A stretch of 64,000 nt of DNA from an uncultured Clostridium sp. Its GTDB lineage: Bacteria; Bacillota; Clostridia; TANB77; CAG-508. Numbering within the stretch: position 1 is the stretch's first letter; every line of letters begins with the position of its first letter. The translations under genes were made by a program, and so were the position numbers. The stretch is from the NCBI GenBank assembly GCA_947573555.1, contig CANPFO010000002.1, positions 1,276 to 65,275 of the forward strand, given 5' to 3'. The notes beneath the pieces were generated by a model. It was given only the letters and a program-made list of their open reading frames with translations, was not told where the DNA came from and did not search any database. This document shows positions 52,601-58,675 of the stretch, piece after piece.

Positions 52601-55600
52601 AAACTTTACAATAGTGGCACAAGATGTTACAAATGGAACATCTAGCGAAACACCAGAAAGTATAACTGCTACTACAAATGAAGTAGGAGAGGTTTCAAAA
52701 TACTTAGGAGAGTTACCAAGAGGTAAAACAATAGAATATACAATATCTGAGGTATTGGCACCAGAAGGATTTAAGAAAATAAAAGACATAATATTAAGAG
52801 TAAACTATGACATTAGAGGTAGAATAACATCATATAGTACAGTACAAAAACAAGCAGATGTTACAATAGAAGTTGCTACATCAAACTTATATAAAATGCC
52901 TGATTCAAAAGAAACAGTACATATAAGAATAAAAGTAGTAAACAATGATAAAGTTACATTTAAAATAGTAAATACCGAAAATGTTACAAAATTACCAATA
53001 CAAGGTTCTGGATTCGAAGCTGTAATAGAAACAGCAGCAGGAACAATATTAAATACTACAGCAATAACAAACATTGATGGAGAAATAGTTTTTGAAAATA
53101 TAGATGCTAAAGGAACAATAAGATTCTTATATAATCAATCAAGTGTTCCAGAAGGATATAAACTAAATAATATCAATTCAGGATATATAACAATAGATAA
53201 AAGTAGTGATATATATAAATTAACATACAATGATAGCTCAGATGATTTAGTATATAATATTGATAGTGAAACAGGAATAGTAACAATATATGTACAAAAT
53301 GATAGTAACCTAATAATAAATCTAATGGATGTAGATGCTGAGACACAAGAAACTGTTTTAGGAGCAACACATACTATAAAAGCTCAATATGGTGAAAAAT
53401 CAGAAAGTAATGAAACTATCTTAAACAAAACAGACAATATTATAAATTATAATAATGGAGAAAAATATGAAAGCCAAGAGGGAACAACAAATATTCAATT
53501 AGGAAGTACATATAATTTTATAGATAAAAAAGTTATATATACAATAGAAACACCTGATTCTGCAGCAGAATATGCTCCAATTGGAAGAATATATTTAACA
53601 GTAGAATATGATAGCAAAGGTAGAGTACAAACAGTAAATGGACAATCTTCAAGACTTATTAGTGCAACTAAAGGTGGAGATCACGTAATAAATGCAGTTA
53701 TAGGATATGGAGATATGGACTTCTATACAATAAAAGTTGTAACAGAAGGAACAAATAATGTAAGAATTAATAATTCTAAGTTTGATATTACATTAACTCA
53801 AGATGGAAATGAAGTAGAAACATATAAAGATCTATTAACTCAAGATAAATTCATTAATAATACATTAATAGAGCAAGGTATAATTGAACTAAGAAAATTA
53901 AAATATGAAGGAAATATAAAACTTACATTAAATGAAACTGAATCAGCAGAAGGTTATAGTACAGAGCCAACACCAATGCCATTAGATATAGAATTAGAAG
54001 CTAGATTAGACAAAACAGACCCAGATAATATAAAATTAGATGTAAATAATATAAACTCACCAAACGCTACTGTAAATGTAAATAGAGATACAAGAACAAT
54101 TGAAATTATTATAGTAAATACACCAGCAATAAAATTAGAATTGAATAAACAAGACAATTTTGGAAACTCAATAATTGGAGTAAAATTCAATTTACAAATA
54201 CAAGAAAAAGATTCAACTAATATAGAAAGTTTAGGAGTTTTACAAACAGATGATATGGGAATTGCTATATATGACATAATAAATAAATATACAAACAAAA
54301 CTATCTTAATAAGATTAGACGAAATAATGGATGCCGCAAATCAAGTCTTTAAACCTATTGACCCAATAATACTTGAAGCATATATCAATTCAAAAGGAAA
54401 AATACAAGAAATACAATTAAATAGTGGTAATGCTAATGCAACAGTTACAAACACTGAAAGCAAAATAAGTATGAATGTAGTAAATACATTAAAAGAAACA
54501 GAAAAACCATATACAATTGATATTACAAAAGTAGATGGAAATGACCATAGAATAAAACTACCAGATGTATTATTCCAAGTAAGAGTAACACCTTCAGTAG
54601 GTATATCTGTATACAAAGCTGTTTATACAGATGAAAATGGAAATATAAAACTAGATGGACTAATAGGAAGTGGAGAAATAGATATAGAATTAAAAGAGGT
54701 ATTAACACCAGAAGGATATATAGTAGGGGCACAAGATGGATATTATTACTATAAAATAAGAAAAATAAACGATTCATATCAGAAAATATCAAGTAATGCA
54801 GAAGATTCTTTATGGAAAATAGACAACAATAATAAAATAGTTTCAATATTAGTAGAAAATGAAGCAGAAAAAGTAGGAATGGCAATTGAAAAAGTTGACA
54901 GAAGAAATAGTGACATAAAAATAAAAGGCGCAAAAATAAAACTTGTAAATGCTTCTACATCAAAAGAATATGAATCAATAACTGATGGAAATGGAATAGC
55001 ATATTTCTTATTAAATAAAGGAGAAAATATAGTAGAATACAAAGTGCAAGAAATAGAAGCACCTCAAGGTTATGAATTAGACAACACAATAAAAACATTA
55101 TATATACAATATGATTCTGAAGGAAAAATATTAAATAGTATTGAAGGGGACGGCTTGACATTTTTAGAAAGAAGTGATAATTATATAAAAGAACAATTAT
55201 CAAATGAGCAAAAATCATTAGGAATTGAACCATATAATATACAAATTATTAATGTGGATAAGCAAGACAATTCAATAGTAATACCAGACTCTACATTTGA
55301 TATAAATATTATACAAAGTGTAGGACCAGCAAACATAAATATAACAGCAACAACAGACAATAATGGACAAATAACAGTTCCTGGAATCAATGGTGCTGGA
55401 GACATAACAATAAAATTAGTAAATAATATTGCAGGAAATGGATATGCTATAAATGCTAATAACAATGAAGTTAAAATAGCAAGATTAGAAGAAACAGGAA
55501 CAACATCAATAGTAGAACAAAATAATATATCAGCAATATATGATGATGCAAATAATCTATTAAAAATTTATGTTGAAAGCGAAAAAGAACAAAACAAATA

Positions 55601-57350
55601 TACATTTAAATTAAATGTAATAGACAGAGCTACAGGAAAATTAATTACAGATACAAACGCTAAATATAAGCTAAATATAAATGACATAGAAATAGATAAA
55701 AATGTAGATAGTGAAGGTAAAATACTACTTAAAGGATTAGACATAGAAGATATTCCAAGTTTTGTAATATCAATACAAGAACAACAAAATCCATTAGGAT
55801 ATGTTTCAATAAATGATGAACAAGCAATTGAAATTAATGTAGATGTTGCAAGTATTTATGACACAAGAATTTTAAAAGATGTCACTGTAACATCAGGTAA
55901 TAATATACAATTAGGAAACACATCATCAAATTGTGTAGAAATAAACTTATTATATGATTCAGATGGCTCAAAGATATACTATATTAAATCTGATATATAT
56001 ACAGTAACAGATAAAACAATTGAAGACGTAAAACAAAATACTACAGCACAAGACTTCTTATCACACATAGACACAAATGGAACTATGAAGTTATATGACC
56101 AAGATGGAAATGAAAAACAAGATACAGACATAATGGAAATAGGTGATAAACTAAAGGTAACATTTGATGGAATAGAGTATGAATATGAAATTTTAGTAAT
56201 AGCTCCTTATTATATTGAATCTGACAAATATACAATAACAGAAAATACTATAGAAGAAGTAGAGCCAAATACAACAGTAGAAGATTTCTTAGCAAATATA
56301 GACACAAACGGTACTATGAAACTATATGACCAAGATGGAAATGAAAAACAACCTACAGATATGATAGAAACAGGAGATAAACTAAAAGTAACATATGATG
56401 GAACAGAATATGAATACGAAGTTTCTGTAAAAGAAGAACCAAAAGATCCTTACTATATTAAATCTGATGAATATACAATAACAGATACAGAAATTGGAGA
56501 AGTAGAACCAAATACAACAGTAGAAGATTTCTTAGCAAATATAGACACAAATGGAGATATAAAAGTATATGACAAAGATGGAAATGAAAAACAACCTACA
56601 GATATAATAGAAGCAGGAGACAAGGTAAAAGTAACATACGATGGAACAGAATATGAGTACGAGGTTTCTGTAAAAGAAGAACCAAAAGATCCTTACTATA
56701 TTAAATCTGATGAATACAAAGTAACAGAAAGCACCATAGAAGAAGTAGAGCCAAATACAACAGTAGAAGATTTCTTAGCAAATATAGACACAAATGGAGA
56801 CATTAAAGTATATGATGCAGAAGGCAATGAAAAACAACCAACAGATGTAATAGAATCAGGAGATAGAGTAAAAGTAACATATGATGGAACAGAATATGAG
56901 TACGAAGTTTCTGTGAAAGAAGACAAGCCAGATGAAGACTATTATATAAAATCTGATATATATCTAGTAACTGAAAAAACAATTGAAAGAGTAAAACCAG
57001 AAACAACAATAACAAACTTCTTAGCAAATATAGACACAAATGGAGATATGAAAGTATATGACTTAGAAGGCAACGAAAAAACAGGAGAAGACTTAGTAGG
57101 AACAGGTTATATATTGAAATCAACATACAAAGGAGTTGTATATGAATATCAAGTTGCAGTATTAGGAGATTTAGACGGAAACGGAAGAATCACAGCAACA
57201 GATATATCAATGTACAATCAAGTAATGATAGAAAAAATACAGTTAAATGAAATACAACAAAAAGCAGCAGACTTAGACTTTAATGGTAAAGTAACAGTAA
57301 CAGACTTCTCTACAATTAATAAAGTTTTTGTTGGAACAATAATACTTTAG
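40674..57350 (+). CDS. giant secreted multi-repeat adhesin (about 5,558 aa) ending in a dockerin
   Basis: Single uninterrupted ORF. In order:
- signal/TM KVMSIIGTLLAILCLIAYA and a jelly-roll-like N-domain
- a PKD-like segment (...IDESYDPSGADLTYSWKV...)
- several dozen SpaA/Cna-B-type units with a recurring ..E..AP.GY.. motif
- two blocks of a roughly 72-aa repeat
- a C-terminal dockerin, with no LPXTG and no C-terminal TM. Confidence 0.9.
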   Translation: MMREKGRKIQIKVMSIIGTLLAILCLIAYATQNMSVKVASVPKIEAYENADITLKVSQTPNLDVILTKSKTAIDVTTFEANLKKELVKQNVMTQAEIDSGKLKISAVSTQNVTSQNNFSWTRDVKHTDDKDTNIGSIDITNNGKDILMKGNFRNAGKNAIWIMPENDTEQEFTFNYNIDFGDSFAAAGMLLRVQRVGNYIEGYLLSFNNPNDTNSTKGAWYWATGEKGERTKGALWKFKYKIGDNSTPFSVGYDTTLLQKLDINKSGTLNIKVSDTEIKIIGGGVNTTYTFPQGRSYGTGYGFFSAHYKHSCEKYGEFSLRNINLKTTSVKKFTEILQAPDWRNGSAKVLVNVEDGLNPQFSDKDELAAIVAKLMNNDVYYIGWGTNTNQSQINDLIQKNDNKGTYIANSSSEAIQATVDYIKTLLGENVTNKVIAGEPTRVEITTPEGGVVTPTDEFPSGVWKVIHDYNYYENPQGQYEKDGLYSNELISSFDNVGKYTILFEDKYVTDIYAHRRPVSSFSLKLRGTDLKLNSTSYDLDIEVESEEYDIQKANNGIKTEKWEYKKVNDVNNEWTEIPSEGVGKTATATLEENTDYIIKLTVTDYQGVSTESTKYVTTENKETTPIASFKIINKTISKYEKLEIIDESYDPSGADLTYSWKVKRQGASSYVYTGNTPLTNFNSSSYGEGKYTIELTVSKTYNGKTITSEVFSQDIEITKDTTAPIVIINPVTKYAYNENIDISVDFKDNESGLKSYKYVINKNNTPAEESEYKEVTLSGKETIETITIPSNQWDENLYLHIIAENNEGVKTEERIVGKYYIEPTYEVIVQAIDNTDRNIVQNATYNIQAEYADGSVVDVVTNAVTDRNGKITIPKAKLHKAIGLKIDNIAVPNGYDIAGYKNVGIDTTTYSVVLDNSRTSGDVNANVSNNGQTLTVKVPVSRKQFELKISNVDSFFGNYISNSEFVLKQNGTEMARGVTTDGIVTLKGIIAGANKTGEYVLIQEKVNSIYKNIGTTTLKIDFDENGNVKKVSQKLFATNNAVEIPDNTKAEIVVKNERIDKSSFNVNINVKEIGTNNALEGSKYKIKVEGADGLEYTTVSEASDANGNVRIKGLLGTGLLRLTFIHEEAPKGYAVNPINEHITIVRNSDKSIIYRSASKDGIFERIQDESIYVRLTNTLKNGTNNLKIKVFPKDSSLTGLDGINVKVYEVLNNILVGEGKTDINGIFEVDGIIAQGKGEVIYKIVSDDNQIITSPILFTIDYDNNKKITSASKIKADDNVKVYYSEEDAQNIYKYIANVEIGVENKTISGDNKLIIMKQDVADGKKLEGAQYQVKIMTSTISANVFTTDVNGRIETNLPEDDNIIVQLREIAAPQGYREDTTSKTVVLHRNSEHKLEVKSLNNLSADKVTVDNDGNLNIIEESKSLDNASVVFKMAATNEDNSLNLGGVQFKIVEPITGYEEIVTSNVDGYIPVGKVFETSEGKSYIFEITEISTVSPYALPEKPIKVEVRFEKDGTAVQYKGTTYLQGSELLSEKVASYDAGKNQVNISLKVINKIDTNANLGQVYDIDITKIDKDGQIVSGSKYDIEVRPYAESSIVKKDCSIISGVEISNLAIRQDKTTIILKEVNPAIGCNLDSDIKIATIGLDENGNIKVISDTTSKDNITVTLEKDENTGRTIVKINITAEEEKAEPVPSDSYYIKSNKYTIVSATIKEVDYNTTATDFLGNLNTNGAMKVYDKDGNEKQGKDIIITGDILKVTYQGTEYVYDIYVNPPTPESYYIRSAKYTIKSTEIGNVPLNTAVADFLVNIDTNATMVQVYDVDGNTKQGLDVIVEGDKLQTQFDGITYEYEIHIQHYYIRSDKYTVTNSTIENVVDSTTVKNFLKNINTNGTMKVYDADGNLKQDTDLVIKGEELQVVYDGKTYIYEIFVNDPDVTLTFNIYNRSYGDWTEEGYIIKECVKHPNCTNTCAGRWITRKSEDMQTFEGAQKLIRIFDLKGDSYAKGFQFIHGSNIEVQARLVNNGIVDNDIYETVLAKTSTEVNKENGTHKVELRKVYTDKKVEFTIIQKAPGYNYKRNVTDSKFIIEFDSDGKVKSGKIMQGIDMEDFAIGGISADGVVNNIEVIKEKYIYTYLPKWVKKPKESKIDIYDLNEYNSIGKDTIYIGLLNKQIEDNQLQIKVNLKDADTEEGVNGPVSAIVMDTTTPGESTYVETKTEYINGTGTIILDNTYANKKLSIILQQTESATKGNLRYVDNSHEHIKFDIELDDNAEIISFEETTSTPHSVSQNVNGHVVTYDIYNDLIYNFALNLTKLDENNNPLQGVRVETNTSVITNTQTNDKHHVFKYGSKLTDENGKVKLKVVLPETGSYKYYGKTIEIDLNEYYVPDNYRAQEGMRVRALFDQSGNMIDCSLVQGEGDDKLKITGQNNIGPDDMERNSFDIEMTNSRLTEKPLIHIENKDIDDGSKLEGTKYQITVQDIKDYEINSLIINETKYSPETNSEGQTDVRFDNAHALRTMIYRIKEVQSSESYITNKDIILKVQFDREGKVAKIPEILSCPKILNAKNEYVNIAKVVGDATGHTDIQIEIVNELKPKFIINVSRQDTNNNVIRGKEFKAISEEKDENGNYTQIEERFSRVTDTGYELGFKQDPTLKTIRYTIYEKTGDVYTERGKTEVSFDRYGNVINGNIIDQNATTNYITHLGVIKDVKYINVTIKAEIFKIGVQVVDKNSAGYSLAGYAFKVTNSKGEVSNIEAKTDLVGNVIEIVGDCYKGETITYNFEQVSSPIDYNEIPNFTITVEFNDDGTIKDCTPATIENVYDLITTKKQNDIQMQIRMWTTPALRNEVKMTLYDDSNPNLKIDNGQFKIEVASNYSAEYEMTIEYGEGNTDLGSYKNYVNKTETFTITQIEADSKYMLNDKPIQIAVKVNQDGIIEKAEDIRVLATDGYVEIDYSNTIGTSNIVLKTANRRKEIMNLEVHSTQSTEDKVANTEFQIIQENKSELYSDTQTTDMNGEATLYVGPYYRDEEVTYLVTNTKPSREFKKVPDARFTLTYDANGKVTSYKMPEDMKRFMSIDILNSNIADIKITMQTDPLLTIGVDTVDEVTKAKLIGGKFEIQQADNTSKTDTVVTSANSISHAVVGEAETSKVVQYNIIEKEAPIGYKYKNKDQVIGVIEMEHDTEGRIINGTQKIIEGYNYIRIKPNTDKNRNFDLDIEIDYEEIEEFKIIIENYNIVDNTQKIQSTFNATLTNQGSTSAATDASGIALVNFGAIKNVSTTQLLTLSQSDVPVQYSAISPIQIQIEFDESGKIKTVTPQTGDGIASLNTSYTIDSTGSYTIKITVKNSPTTLISITNISDGTNTVPLQSTMTLTNESIDSITMNTGADGKCSANITSVPRPGDAYYTISQTSVQRGYTLNKDIRLKVSYDSNGRVSGATIVSGANYADESVVNVTYTSDYQVELTIKNKQVFEIYLEAEDAYDSNIKLSGVNVSIQETTYSQNIIHLTTDENGLAQADLASTYAGTTLIYHVSIINNVPGYSVKSNTVSGDISVTFDASGSVIACQSSNPQIEANYGSGKAIEVKVKYIPVLTLNITRRNTTTNATLSGRELTVNSEAIDAEGLTVTKTTDADGNVNIDNAGIITNNNRITYTITETPVDSYTTIEKMEPITITANYDNNGNLAGITTNNSTNVVATGTGTRTLNVEIGSNSKATVAIVSSDYYNHLERILGTFEIKSSKGETATIQSSMDTTNIVEKLGRLYPGETIEYIIKQTKVDERYYAIPDTKFTVEYNANGTIETVTSANPDVLKVGQINQTSTDAQANINFEIYNKPALLVNIGAYDKQYNSGVLGLEFKIKDETSGYETQADSVTDENGNVTIPVGEAYENTTVTYTITNTKTMGGYKTIPTFQVEVQYGELGTILEQGTKVINTQIAQVTQGYSEKLYKESKTRGIQVKVEAETELGIGIIKVDTEEKPISGINFTIVAQDVTNGTSSETPESITATTNEVGEVSKYLGELPRGKTIEYTISEVLAPEGFKKIKDIILRVNYDIRGRITSYSTVQKQADVTIEVATSNLYKMPDSKETVHIRIKVVNNDKVTFKIVNTENVTKLPIQGSGFEAVIETAAGTILNTTAITNIDGEIVFENIDAKGTIRFLYNQSSVPEGYKLNNINSGYITIDKSSDIYKLTYNDSSDDLVYNIDSETGIVTIYVQNDSNLIINLMDVDAETQETVLGATHTIKAQYGEKSESNETILNKTDNIINYNNGEKYESQEGTTNIQLGSTYNFIDKKVIYTIETPDSAAEYAPIGRIYLTVEYDSKGRVQTVNGQSSRLISATKGGDHVINAVIGYGDMDFYTIKVVTEGTNNVRINNSKFDITLTQDGNEVETYKDLLTQDKFINNTLIEQGIIELRKLKYEGNIKLTLNETESAEGYSTEPTPMPLDIELEARLDKTDPDNIKLDVNNINSPNATVNVNRDTRTIEIIIVNTPAIKLELNKQDNFGNSIIGVKFNLQIQEKDSTNIESLGVLQTDDMGIAIYDIINKYTNKTILIRLDEIMDAANQVFKPIDPIILEAYINSKGKIQEIQLNSGNANATVTNTESKISMNVVNTLKETEKPYTIDITKVDGNDHRIKLPDVLFQVRVTPSVGISVYKAVYTDENGNIKLDGLIGSGEIDIELKEVLTPEGYIVGAQDGYYYYKIRKINDSYQKISSNAEDSLWKIDNNNKIVSILVENEAEKVGMAIEKVDRRNSDIKIKGAKIKLVNASTSKEYESITDGNGIAYFLLNKGENIVEYKVQEIEAPQGYELDNTIKTLYIQYDSEGKILNSIEGDGLTFLERSDNYIKEQLSNEQKSLGIEPYNIQIINVDKQDNSIVIPDSTFDINIIQSVGPANINITATTDNNGQITVPGINGAGDITIKLVNNIAGNGYAINANNNEVKIARLEETGTTSIVEQNNISAIYDDANNLLKIYVESEKEQNKYTFKLNVIDRATGKLITDTNAKYKLNINDIEIDKNVDSEGKILLKGLDIEDIPSFVISIQEQQNPLGYVSINDEQAIEINVDVASIYDTRILKDVTVTSGNNIQLGNTSSNCVEINLLYDSDGSKIYYIKSDIYTVTDKTIEDVKQNTTAQDFLSHIDTNGTMKLYDQDGNEKQDTDIMEIGDKLKVTFDGIEYEYEILVIAPYYIESDKYTITENTIEEVEPNTTVEDFLANIDTNGTMKLYDQDGNEKQPTDMIETGDKLKVTYDGTEYEYEVSVKEEPKDPYYIKSDEYTITDTEIGEVEPNTTVEDFLANIDTNGDIKVYDKDGNEKQPTDIIEAGDKVKVTYDGTEYEYEVSVKEEPKDPYYIKSDEYKVTESTIEEVEPNTTVEDFLANIDTNGDIKVYDAEGNEKQPTDVIESGDRVKVTYDGTEYEYEVSVKEDKPDEDYYIKSDIYLVTEKTIERVKPETTITNFLANIDTNGDMKVYDLEGNEKTGEDLVGTGYILKSTYKGVVYEYQVAVLGDLDGNGRITATDISMYNQVMIEKIQLNEIQQKAADLDFNGKVTVTDFSTINKVFVGTIIL
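41016..41657 (+). other. N-terminal domain shared with the surface protein 25972..27189
   Basis: FTFNYNIDFGDSFAAAGMLLRV...GYLLSF...LNIKVSDTEIKII...GYGFFSAHYKHSCEKYGEFSLRNINLK parallels VFKFIIDE...DGAGFIFNA...GYILLF...LIIEVTPTNVKIV...SFGLISSYTQHSCNKLSNVKFKELKIK. Confidence 0.5.
45768..46463 (+). repeat. intragenic block of 3 diverged copies of a roughly 72-aa YYI(K/R)S..YT... module
   Basis: SYYIKSNKYTIV...MKVYDKDGNEKQG...YVYDIYV / SYYIRSAKYTIK...YEYEIHI / HYYIRSDKYTVT...YIYEIFV. Confidence 0.85.
55977..57164 (+). repeat. intragenic block of 5 copies of the same roughly 72-aa module, central copies near-identical in DNA
   Basis: YYIKSD.Y.VT..TIE.V.PNTTVEDFLANIDTNG..K.YD..GNEKQPTD.IE.GD.VKVTYDGTEYEYEVSVKE repeated. 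Long identical nucleotide runs occur, e.g. GAAGTAGAGCCAAATACAACAGTAGAAGATTTCTTAGCAAATATAGACACAAA. Confidence 0.9.
57165..57347 (+). other. type I dockerin-like module
   Basis: GDLDGNGRITATDISMYNQVMI...AADLDFNGKVTVTDFSTINKVFVG: a duplicated EF-hand-like D.D.NG.(I/V)...D loop followed by a helix. Confidence 0.8.
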
Positions 57351-57391
57351 TAAAAATGAAAATAATATAATAAAAGAAAGGAGAAAAACAA

Positions 57392-58219
57392 ATGAAGAAA
57401 AAACTTATCAGCATTAGTTTAATGATAACTTTATTAATAACACTATCATTATCAGTAGTAAATGCAGAAACAAATGTTAAAATGCAAATAACAAGTAGTT
57501 CTGAATTAACTGCTGGGGGAACAGTAGAATTAATTTTATCAATAACTAATATAGATGCTGGAGATGGAATAGACGCTGTAGTAGGAAAAGTAAACTACGA
57601 CAAAAATATTTTTGAAGAAGTAACAGAAGAAAATTTTGAAGGACAAAACAGATGGAATAGTCCAACATTTAACACAGGAACACAATTATTTACGACTTCT
57701 AGAGCTTCTAAAGTAAAAACTAGCGGAAATGTTATAAAAATAACATTAAAAGTTAAAGAAGGAGTTACAGCAGATTCAACTACAGTAACTATAACAAACA
57801 TTGTTGTATCTGGAGGATCAGTTGCAACTGGTGGAACAGGAGATATTAACGTATCAGATGTTTCTGCTAAAATTAACAAAAAACAAGAAGACAATAAACC
57901 AGATGAGAATACAGTTCCAGATTTTAATAGTATCATTGATAATACAGTAACAGATAATACAATAAATGATAACAACGTTAATAACAATAATATTAATGAT
58001 AATAAAATTGTAGATAATGGTGATAAAAATAATAATAAACCAACTAATAATAACCAAAATAATGGATCAAAAAATACAGTAAAACAAAATACAGAATCAA
58101 ATAAGATATTACCAAAAGCTGGCGTAAAACAAAACATCGTAATCTTTACAACAATTTTAGTAATAATTGGCATATTTAGCTATGCAAAGTACAGAAACAT
58201 TTCTAAAAATGTTAAATAA
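57392..58219 (+). CDS. cohesin-like domain protein with LPKAG cell-wall sorting signal (anchor 1)
   Basis: Signal peptide ...SLSVVNAE. ...LTAGGTVELILSITNIDAGDGIDAVVGKVNYDKNIFEEV...VIKITLKVKEGVTADSTTVTITNIVVSGG.... N-rich linker. LPKAG (58109-58123) plus TM plus KYRN. AAAGGAG RBS. Confidence 0.75.
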   Translation: MKKKLISISLMITLLITLSLSVVNAETNVKMQITSSSELTAGGTVELILSITNIDAGDGIDAVVGKVNYDKNIFEEVTEENFEGQNRWNSPTFNTGTQLFTTSRASKVKTSGNVIKITLKVKEGVTADSTTVTITNIVVSGGSVATGGTGDINVSDVSAKINKKQEDNKPDENTVPDFNSIIDNTVTDNTINDNNVNNNNINDNKIVDNGDKNNNKPTNNNQNNGSKNTVKQNTESNKILPKAGVKQNIVIFTTILVIIGIFSYAKYRNISKNVK

Positions 58220-58223
58220 AAAT

Positions 58224-58250
58224 AAGGCAGGATTTTACATCCTGCCTTTA
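58224..58250 (+). terminator. hairpin AAGGCAGG / CCTGCCTT
   Basis: 8-bp GC-containing stem directly after the stop at 58219. The T-run is weak. Confidence 0.5.
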
Positions 58251-58260
58251 AAAATTAAAT

Positions 58261-58578
58261 GAGACATTTGGGACAGTCAATGTTTGTCTCACATTTTTGT
58301 CGAAACTTGTCTTATTTTATATGGTGGCTCTTTAATATATATGGTAATTTTTTTATTACGTTCAAAAAGAAATTGTAATATAAGAAGTAGGTTGATTTTA
58401 CTTAGGTTAAAGGGAACATATCTAATATTTTTCCATGAACATTCCTTAACTTCTTATATAACAATTTCTAATTTTCACTTCAATCAAGCATTACTATATA
58501 TATTTAAAGAGCCACCATATAAAATAAGACAAGTTTCGACAAAAATATGAGACAAACATTGACTGTCCCAAATGTCTC
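58261..58578. repeat. palindromic element E (about 82-bp arms plus about 150-bp interior)
   Basis: 58261-58342 is the reverse complement of about 58495-58578. The outer arms are homologous to element F. The interior is homologous to the interiors of A and D. Confidence 0.85.
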
Positions 58579-58612
58579 GTTTAAAAATCACGAAACTTAA
58601 ATTTAAAAAATA

Positions 58613-58642
58613 TTGACAATTATTAATAAATTGATATATACT
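58613..58642 (+). promoter_or_regulatory. sigma-A-like promoter for anchor 2
   Basis: TTGACA (58613-58618), then a 16-18 nt spacer, then TATATA/TATACT (58635-58642), about 35 nt upstream of the RBS. Confidence 0.5.
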
Positions 58643-58675
58643 TGGAAAAGATATAACAAAAGAAAGGAGAAAATA

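Noticed and set aside
41671-57126. About 30 antisense or off-frame ORFs (60-136 aa) inside the giant gene
   Set aside because: All are Leu/Phe/Ile-rich translations of the reverse or shifted frames of an AT-rich coding region. They have no RBS and are fully contained in a much longer ORF with clear domain structure.
57900-58080. Asn-rich stretch (NTINDNNVNNNNINDNKIVDNGDKNNNKPTNNNQNNG) as a separate repeat feature
   Set aside because: It is a low-complexity linker typical of wall-spanning stalks in AT-rich genomes, not an independent element.
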